Shown here: positions 6,104-11,012 of the stretch, piece by piece
How the letters are laid out: the number at the start of each line of letters is the position of its first letter
Numbering within the stretch: position 1 is the stretch's first letter
NCBI RefSeq assembly: GCF_003231495.1
Contig: NZ_PQWO01000049.1
Location: 1-11,012, forward strand
Direction: 5' to 3'
Length of the DNA: 11,012 nt
Origin: Acaryochloris thomasi RCC1774
GTDB taxonomy: Bacteria; Cyanobacteriota; Cyanobacteriia; Thermosynechococcales; Thermosynechococcaceae
The notes under the pieces: generated by a model
Told to the model about the DNA's origin: nothing
Database searches by the model: none
Seen by the model: only the letters and a program-made list of their open reading frames with translations
Position numbers and translations under genes: made by a program

Positions 6104-6264
6104 CAATCTCCCCCATCACCACTGGTCAAAGGTTTATCGTGGAAGCTCATGCGAGACAAGTCTTATAGACATAACTTAAGATTGCCAAGCGTCAGACTCA
6201 GGCTAATTTTTTCAATTTAAACGCAGACGTTGAGGAAAGAATTGAGATTGCCAGCGTAAAGGTA

Positions 6265-6510
6265 TCAAACCATCAAAGGCTCTGCTGTTGAATGGTGACT
6301 ATCAGCTACATCGCGGATGAGCAGTAGATGAGACTGAATATACCGCCTGAGCATGTCTCGATCATCATGGTTCAGGAACTGTCGCTTCTCCACTTGAGCG
6401 CACAACCACTCCGCAAGATGGCGATCGTCAAATTGCAACAGATCTCCAGCGGGCGAGACCTCAATAATGCACCAGAAGGTTTTTAGAAAGGAAGGTGACA
6501 TATCATCCAC
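6265..6510 (-). CDS. 81-aa hypothetical protein directly upstream of the sigma factor gene
   Basis: Track ORF with an ATG start and plausible codon usage, but no recognisable motif. Confidence 0.45.
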   Translation of the reverse strand: MDDMSPSFLKTFWCIIEVSPAGDLLQFDDRHLAEWLCAQVEKRQFLNHDDRDMLRRYIQSHLLLIRDVADSHHSTAEPLMV

Positions 6511-6731
6511 TCCCGATATGGAATGACGAGTAAAGCGGTATTAAGCTGAATGAATTTATATTTTCTTTAGATTTGCTTCTGTCTCATGCTACACCCAGCA
6601 AACTGCTGAATATTGGCTCTTCATCTTTTGTATCAGAAGCAGCAATGAGCAATCTGTATTAGGTAGTACTCCCCGCTCAGCGTATCGGTAGTCTTGCTGT
6701 TGTCTGGCGGGAGGATTGCGAGGGCTTTCAG

Positions 6732-6941
6732 TTGTATTCATGGGCGTTGCGATCGCCCTTGTCATCGCAATTGTTTGAGACTAGAGAGTACTGCTGTGAG
6801 GCTGCTGTGGAGCTAGGGCAGCGGTTTGATATCGATAGTGTGCTGAGGTTGCAGCCGTTTGGTTCTCTAGAGAAGATCGAAGAGATAATCCTGGTCCACA
6901 TACATCGAGAGCAAGTTGAATCGATACAGCCATCCGTTTAA
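6732..6941 (+). CDS. Possible 69-aa hypothetical protein
   Basis: Track ORF with only a TTG start available (in-frame stop at 6660-6662, no ATG/GTG upstream) and no visible SD. It is the only plus-strand ORF in a minus-strand block. Weak. Confidence 0.25.
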   Translation: MYSWALRSPLSSQLFETREYCCEAAVELGQRFDIDSVLRLQPFGSLEKIEEIILVHIHREQVESIQPSV

Positions 6942-6957
6942 CCCTTGCTTCTTTTAT

Positions 6958-7512
6958 TCACCCTTCCTCATTGTCAAAACACTCCTCAAACAGGTCGATC
7001 ATTATCTGATTGACTTCAGCTTCCTCTCCTTCCATGTTGTCTTTTTCAGCGATTATCATGTCATAGAAATCTCTAAGCGGCCCTTCATACCTTTGTTTCT
7101 GAGCAGAGGACAAATAAGGCATGAATATTGGATATAGCGTTAGTATCTCCATGAGCCAGCCGAATAGCCCTTGAGACTCCACATCAGGATTGTTGTTCTG
7201 TCTAATTGAGTCGAGTTCAGCATAGAAAGCATCCATGACGCCCCCGAGCAGTTGTTGCTGAACGTTTGGGCGGTAGGGTTCGAGATATCCCTCCATCCAG
7301 CTCTTGATCTGTTCATTGAATATCTGTTGCTGTTCCTGATCGAGATTAGTACTCTCGCCAGCACTCTCTTTCCATTTAGCAAGCTGTTGTGCCCAAGCTT
7401 CATCGAATTTTAGTAGGTGTTCGTCAAACTGACGGCTGCCCGGTACTAGCACCGGAGGAACATTACCATAGGTCGCCCCTAACGCCTTCTTCCGTCGTTT
7501 TGCCTCTCCCAT
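6958..7512 (-). CDS. 184-aa hypothetical protein with a basic N-terminus and a very acidic C-terminus
   Basis: The track ORF starts at TTG 7515. The ATG at 7512-7510 is preceded by AGGAGGA with a 5-nt spacer. Begins MGEAKRRKKALG and ends EGEEAEVNQIMIDLFEECFDNEEG. No family recognised. Confidence 0.6.
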   Translation of the reverse strand: MGEAKRRKKALGATYGNVPPVLVPGSRQFDEHLLKFDEAWAQQLAKWKESAGESTNLDQEQQQIFNEQIKSWMEGYLEPYRPNVQQQLLGGVMDAFYAELDSIRQNNNPDVESQGLFGWLMEILTLYPIFMPYLSSAQKQRYEGPLRDFYDMIIAEKDNMEGEEAEVNQIMIDLFEECFDNEEG

Positions 7513-7611
7513 CAAATCCTCCTATCGACAGAGCTGGGTCACTGCTTTCTCCATTAACTATTTCAGAAGGAACGCCCCTCTACAATTGAATCATCAGTCA
7601 TCTAACAATAC

Positions 7612-9858
7612 TTGGTGAGCCAACCTCGCTATACCCCAACTCCCCAGCCGCCCTTAGAAGACCTCGAAGGTGTTGTCGAACGGCTCACCTTTCATTCTGA
7701 AGAAACAGGCTATACCGTCGCTCGGCTCAAAGTTCCTAAAGCCCATGACTTGGTGACCATTGTGGGGGAATTTGCCCACATCCAGCCCGGACAAACCCTA
7801 CAGCTTTCCGGTATCTGGCGAGACCATCCCCAGTACGGCGACCAGTTTCAAGTTAAACAATACCGAGAAACCAAACCTGCCACCCTCACCGGCATTGAGA
7901 AATACCTGGGCAGTGGCCTCATCAAAGGCGTCGGCCCCGTCACTGCAAAACGAATCGTGGCCCACTTTGGCCTAGAGACTCTTGAGATCATTGAGCATCA
8001 CATTGACCGTCTGATTGAAGTCCCCGGCATTGCTAAAAAGCGGGTGCAGATGATCCAGACGGCTTGGAGCACTCAGAAAGCGATCAAAGACGTGATGTTG
8101 TTTCTCCAGGGCCACGGCGTCTCCACCACCTACGCTGTCAAAATCTATAAAGTTTATGGCGACCAAGCGATCCGCATCGTTGAGTATAACCCTTACCAAC
8201 TGGCCCAAGATGTCTACGGGATTGGTTTTGTCATAGCCGATCAGATTGCCCGAAACTTAGGGATTGCCCCCGACTCCGACTTTCGCTATCGAGCAGGTAC
8301 CCTGCATGTCCTGAGTGAAGCCTCAGACGAAGGCCATTGCTATCTCCCTAAAACCGAGTTAGTGAACCGAGTCGTCAAGCGCCTTCAAATCGAGGATCAC
8401 ATCCCCAACGCAGCCCAGGTGACCACCATCATTGATCAGATGGAGCAGAGCCTAGAACTAATCCCCTTCCCCTCCGTGACAGAACCTCCAGAGACCTTAG
8501 ACTATTCCCCCGTCTTCTACCATGCAGAGACCAAGCTAGCGGACCGTATCAAAGTCTTGGTTCACCAGCCGGTTGAAGTGGACCTGACCCGCGTGAATCG
8601 GTGGATTGATCGGTTTATTGAGCAGACCGGGTTTACCCTTTCTCCCCAACAGCGCCAAGCCGTTGAGACGGCTGCTGCTCATCGGGTAGTGATTTTCACG
8701 GGTGGTCCAGGGACGGGCAAAACCTTCACCACTCGTACTATCGCAGCCCTATGGAAAGCAATGGGTAAAACCCTAGCCTTAGCCTCACCCACTGGACGAG
8801 CCGCCCAGCGCTTAAGTGAAGTGACCAAGGAGGAAGCCAGTACCCTGCATCGCCTCCTTGCATTTGACCCCAAGACCATGAAATTCCAGCGAGATCAGAG
8901 CGATCCGATTCCCGCTGATGCCATCATCGTCGATGAAACCTCAATGCTTGATTTGTTCTTAGCCAACTCTCTGTTTAAAGCCGTCGCCAATGAAGCCCAA
9001 CTGCTTTTGGTGGGTGATATTGATCAGCTTCCCAGTGTTGGCCCTGGTAACGTGCTGCGCGATCTGATTGCGTCCCAATTGATTCCCGTCGTTCGGCTCA
9101 CTGAAGTGTTCCGGCAGGCCCGGTCAAGCAAAATTGTCACCAATGCTCACCGGATTAACCAAGGCCAGTATCCGAACTTTGAGAGTGTCTCGGATTGTCC
9201 TCAATCCGATTGTCTTTGGCTGGGAGGTCCTGAACCGGCAGATGGAGTGCAATGCATCAAAGACCTCATTCAGCAGTTGATGCCCACCCTTGGATATCAC
9301 CCTGCACGAGAGGTGCAAGTGCTCTCACCCATGACTCGGGGGGAGGTGGGGACTCGTAATCTCAACCGAGTCTTACAGGAATTAATCAACCCGCCCCAAT
9401 TAGATAAACCGGAACTCAATCGCGGAGGGAATATCTTGCGAGTGGGGGACCGGGTGATCCAGAAGGTGAATGACTACAACCGGGATGTCTTCAATGGTGA
9501 TCTGGGAGTGATTGAGACCATAGATTTGGAAGAGGTAGATGTGACTGTGCAATTCTCGACCAAGACGGTCACTTATGACCTAGCAGATCTCAATGAAATT
9601 GCTCTGGCCTGGGCGGTGACCATTCATAAATCACAGGGCAGTGAGTATCCGGTGGTGATCATGCCGCTGTATATGCAGCACTATTTGATGTTGTCTCGGA
9701 ACCTGCTCTACACGGGATTAACACGGGCCAAGCAACTGGCAATTGTCGTCGGTCCCAAGAAGGCGATTGGACTGGCAGTCCGTCAAGATAAAGTACACCA
9801 GCGGTATACCTTGTTAGATCAGCATTTAATGGGCAAGTCTGAACTTGGTTCCATATGA
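7612..9858 (+). CDS. recD2: RecD2-type SF1B DNA helicase (RecD/TraA family)
   Basis: 748 aa. N-terminal RecD2 module (LEGVVERLTFHSEETGYTVARLK, HhH GLIKGVGPVTAKRIV). Walker A FTGGPGTGKTF (DNA about 8695-8727), Walker B IIVDETSMLD, LLLVGDIDQLPSVGPG, SH3-like GDRVIQKVNDYNRDVFNGDLG, AVTIHKSQGSEYP, LLYTGLTRAK. The start could be TTG 7612 or GTG 7615. Confidence 0.92.
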   Translation: MVSQPRYTPTPQPPLEDLEGVVERLTFHSEETGYTVARLKVPKAHDLVTIVGEFAHIQPGQTLQLSGIWRDHPQYGDQFQVKQYRETKPATLTGIEKYLGSGLIKGVGPVTAKRIVAHFGLETLEIIEHHIDRLIEVPGIAKKRVQMIQTAWSTQKAIKDVMLFLQGHGVSTTYAVKIYKVYGDQAIRIVEYNPYQLAQDVYGIGFVIADQIARNLGIAPDSDFRYRAGTLHVLSEASDEGHCYLPKTELVNRVVKRLQIEDHIPNAAQVTTIIDQMEQSLELIPFPSVTEPPETLDYSPVFYHAETKLADRIKVLVHQPVEVDLTRVNRWIDRFIEQTGFTLSPQQRQAVETAAAHRVVIFTGGPGTGKTFTTRTIAALWKAMGKTLALASPTGRAAQRLSEVTKEEASTLHRLLAFDPKTMKFQRDQSDPIPADAIIVDETSMLDLFLANSLFKAVANEAQLLLVGDIDQLPSVGPGNVLRDLIASQLIPVVRLTEVFRQARSSKIVTNAHRINQGQYPNFESVSDCPQSDCLWLGGPEPADGVQCIKDLIQQLMPTLGYHPAREVQVLSPMTRGEVGTRNLNRVLQELINPPQLDKPELNRGGNILRVGDRVIQKVNDYNRDVFNGDLGVIETIDLEEVDVTVQFSTKTVTYDLADLNEIALAWAVTIHKSQGSEYPVVIMPLYMQHYLMLSRNLLYTGLTRAKQLAIVVGPKKAIGLAVRQDKVHQRYTLLDQHLMGKSELGSI

Positions 9859-10199
9859 CTTCCCTCCACAAACTCCCCCATTGCTTCTCCTGCCGGTACC
9901 ACGACCCCTCCGGCCACCTCGTCTGCGCCATTCACCCCTTCGGTCCCCTAAGCGATCGCTGTGCTGATTATGTTGCGATCTCAGAGGTGGCAGAGCAGGG
10001 CTTTTGGGTACCTGAAGGCTGGGCGTTTGATGGTGGGGAGCTGTATCGGCTGGCCGCGAGTGAATTACTGCAGACTGACGATAGCCATCCAATCGTGACC
10101 GGGTGCTGTCCCAGGTGTGGGCATAGGTTTGACCTGGGAGATTCGCCCGTAGTTCATTGGGATTGTCCGAGTTGTCGATGGCTGGATGATTCTATCTAG
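9855..10199 (+). CDS. 114-aa Cys-rich protein with a C-terminal zinc-ribbon, coupled to recD2
   Basis: Its ATG overlaps the recD2 stop (ATGA, 9855-9858). N-terminal HCFSCRYHDPSGHLVCAIHPFGPLSDRCADY (C-x2-C-x10-C-x11-C with several His). C-terminal CCPRCGH-x13-DCPSCRW (CxxC..CxxC ribbon). Confidence 0.65.
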   Translation: MTSLHKLPHCFSCRYHDPSGHLVCAIHPFGPLSDRCADYVAISEVAEQGFWVPEGWAFDGGELYRLAASELLQTDDSHPIVTGCCPRCGHRFDLGDSPVVHWDCPSCRWLDDSI

Positions 10200-10273
10200 C
10201 CCTGTTTGTGCGATTTTCTAATTAGCTTATTAACGCCAGCGGACTCAAACGTTCAATAGCAGTTGAAATCTCC

Positions 10274-10311
10274 GTATTTCTACTGAATTCTAGAGATATC
10301 CGTAGAAATAC
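10274..10311. promoter_or_regulatory. Perfect 10-bp inverted repeat (candidate operator) next to a possible promoter
   Basis: GTATTTCTAC (10274-10283), 18 nt, then GTAGAAATAC (10302-10311). Immediately downstream are TTACAA (10314-10319), a 17-nt spacer and GAATAT (10337-10342), upstream of the 10370 gene. Confidence 0.35.
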
Positions 10312-10369
10312 AGTTACAACGCAGCTAGGAAAACATGAATATGCTTTTAGTCGTTGTTTTGGCATCGTC

Positions 10370-10693
10370 ATGTCCCTCAGAACTTCCGGTCTCGTAGCTG
10401 CCGTTGCTGTGGCCTCAAGCCTTCTTTCTCCTTCAGGTGTAGTGGCTGAACCCGCAGAAAATATATCGGATCGATTCAAGGGAACCTCAATTACGCCGGA
10501 GAGCCTTCCTGAACGCCCAGGTGCGGCAACTGGACTGGCCTGCTGGGAGCTTCAAGAGCTTGATGAAGGGCGCTTTGTCTGCGACGGTTACACCTTCGAG
10601 TTTGGTTCTGATGGAAGCGTTTTGATTCTAGCCCCGCCTACTGTATCGACTAAGAAAGATCATCTGCAGAGGAAAGCTGATGTCACCGAATAA
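10370..10693 (+). CDS. 107-aa secreted hypothetical protein
   Basis: Signal-peptide-like N-terminus MSLRTSGLVAAVAVASSLLSPSGVVA/EP. The mature part has two Cys (ACWEL..FVCDGY). No family recognised. Confidence 0.55.
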   Translation: MSLRTSGLVAAVAVASSLLSPSGVVAEPAENISDRFKGTSITPESLPERPGAATGLACWELQELDEGRFVCDGYTFEFGSDGSVLILAPPTVSTKKDHLQRKADVTE

Positions 10694-10792
10694 AGCGATC
10701 GTAAGCTTCCTCACCATTTCAACTGCCTGTTCCAAGCCAGTAGCTCCTGTTTATTTGTACCTTCTACCCTTCTGTTCCCCAAGGCGATCGCT

Positions 10793-11012
10793 ATGATGAC
10801 ACTCAAAAAGCCAGTCAAATATAGGAATGCATTTCATTTTTTGGGAGCTTCCAGCATTGTTCTAATGAGCTTCCTAACCCCTGCCCTGGCCCTCGCTCAA
10901 ACCTCAGGCACAGTTGTTTCTGTGGGTGATGGCGATACAATTCGAGTTCGGAATCCTAGTGGAGAAACCAAGACAATCAGGCTGGCCTGCATTGATTCCG
11001 CCGAACTTAAGC
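10793..11012 (+). CDS. Secreted staphylococcal-nuclease-like (thermonuclease/SNase family) protein, 5' part only
   Basis: My own translation, open to the window end: MMTLKKPVKYRNAFHFLGASSIVLMSFLTPALALA/QTSGTVVSVGDGDTIRVRNPSGETKTIRLACIDSAELK. V-x-DGDT-h-x-V ... h-R-L-x-x-I-D-x-P-E is the SNase N-terminal signature (here IDSAE). Not in the ORF track because there is no stop in the window. Confidence 0.7.
   Translation, partial: MMTLKKPVKYRNAFHFLGASSIVLMSFLTPALALAQTSGTVVSVGDGDTIRVRNPSGETKTIRLACIDSAELK

Noticed and set aside
4892-6220. Plus-strand ORFs 4892-5263, 5442-5747, 5897-6220 and 5988-6179
   Set aside because: They are antisense to the HU and sigma-factor genes. The products are Ser/Leu/Arg/Cys-rich shadow-frame sequences.
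6916-7589. ORFs 6916-7137 (plus), 7140-7403 (minus, alternate frame) and 7389-7589 (plus)
   Set aside because: They overlap the 184-aa gene, which has a strong SD and a consistent frame. They have no supporting signals.
7760-10092. ORFs 7760-7975, 7972-8208, 8679-8879, 9124-9318, 9659-9931 and 9826-10092
   Set aside because: All lie within or antisense to recD2 or the zinc-ribbon gene and have wrong-frame composition.
10335-10397. 20-codon mini-ORF MNMLLVVVLASSCPSELPVS resembling a lipoprotein signal peptide
   Set aside because: The lipobox register is off (L at -4). The ORF stops after 20 codons and is out of frame with the 10370 gene, which has its own signal peptide. It is probably fortuitous; a frameshift link could only be tested with homologues.
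10222-10479. Minus-strand ORF of 85 aa
   Set aside because: It crosses the intergenic palindrome and runs antisense into the signal-peptide region of the 10370 gene. It has no SD or motif.
1-11012. Search by eye for tRNA (T-loop GGTTCGAATCC-like), rRNA, CRISPR repeat arrays, IS/transposase/integrase genes and tandem repeats
   Set aside because: Nothing found. There are no regularly spaced direct repeats, no T-loop/acceptor-stem arrangement, and no ORF with DDE, tyrosine or serine recombinase motifs. Small structured RNAs cannot be excluded without covariance-model searches.

Overview
The window looks cyanobacterial. It has eight copies of the HIP1 octamer GCGATCGC, a regulator with a C-terminal AbrB domain (cyAbrB type) and a short RRM-type Rbp. 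All genes from 65 to 7515 are on the minus strand and all genes from 7612 to the end are on the plus strand, with one divergent intergenic region (7516-7611). In transcription order, the minus block starts with a 184-aa acidic orphan and an 81-aa orphan. A tightly spaced array follows: sigma-70-family factor, HU, a 117-aa orphan (TGATG stop/start coupling to HU), an RRM RNA-binding protein, cyAbrB, a uridine-kinase-family P-loop kinase, and a GNAT acetyltransferase whose start overlaps the kinase stop. A perfect 13-bp terminator hairpin (2507-2537) closes the array. Downstream lie a stretch whose coding frame I could not resolve (2071-2430), an 83-aa Lys-rich protein built from 17-residue repeats with its own terminator, and a DUF932 operon (a mobile-element hallmark) with two tiny downstream ORFs. 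The plus block holds a RecD2-type SF1B helicase with an ATGA-coupled Cys-rich zinc-ribbon ORF, a small secreted protein, and the 5' part of a secreted staphylococcal-nuclease-like protein that runs off the window. I recognised no rRNA, tRNA, CRISPR array, transposase, integrase or known defence system. The best candidates for something undescribed are: (1) the co-directional cassette of four global nucleic-acid-binding regulators plus the HU-coupled orphan; (2) the overlapping kinase-GNAT pair at its end; (3) the DUF932 operon with its small basic partners and long leader; (4) the RecD2 / zinc-ribbon coupling. All family calls come from motif recognition by eye; no searches or folding programs were run.
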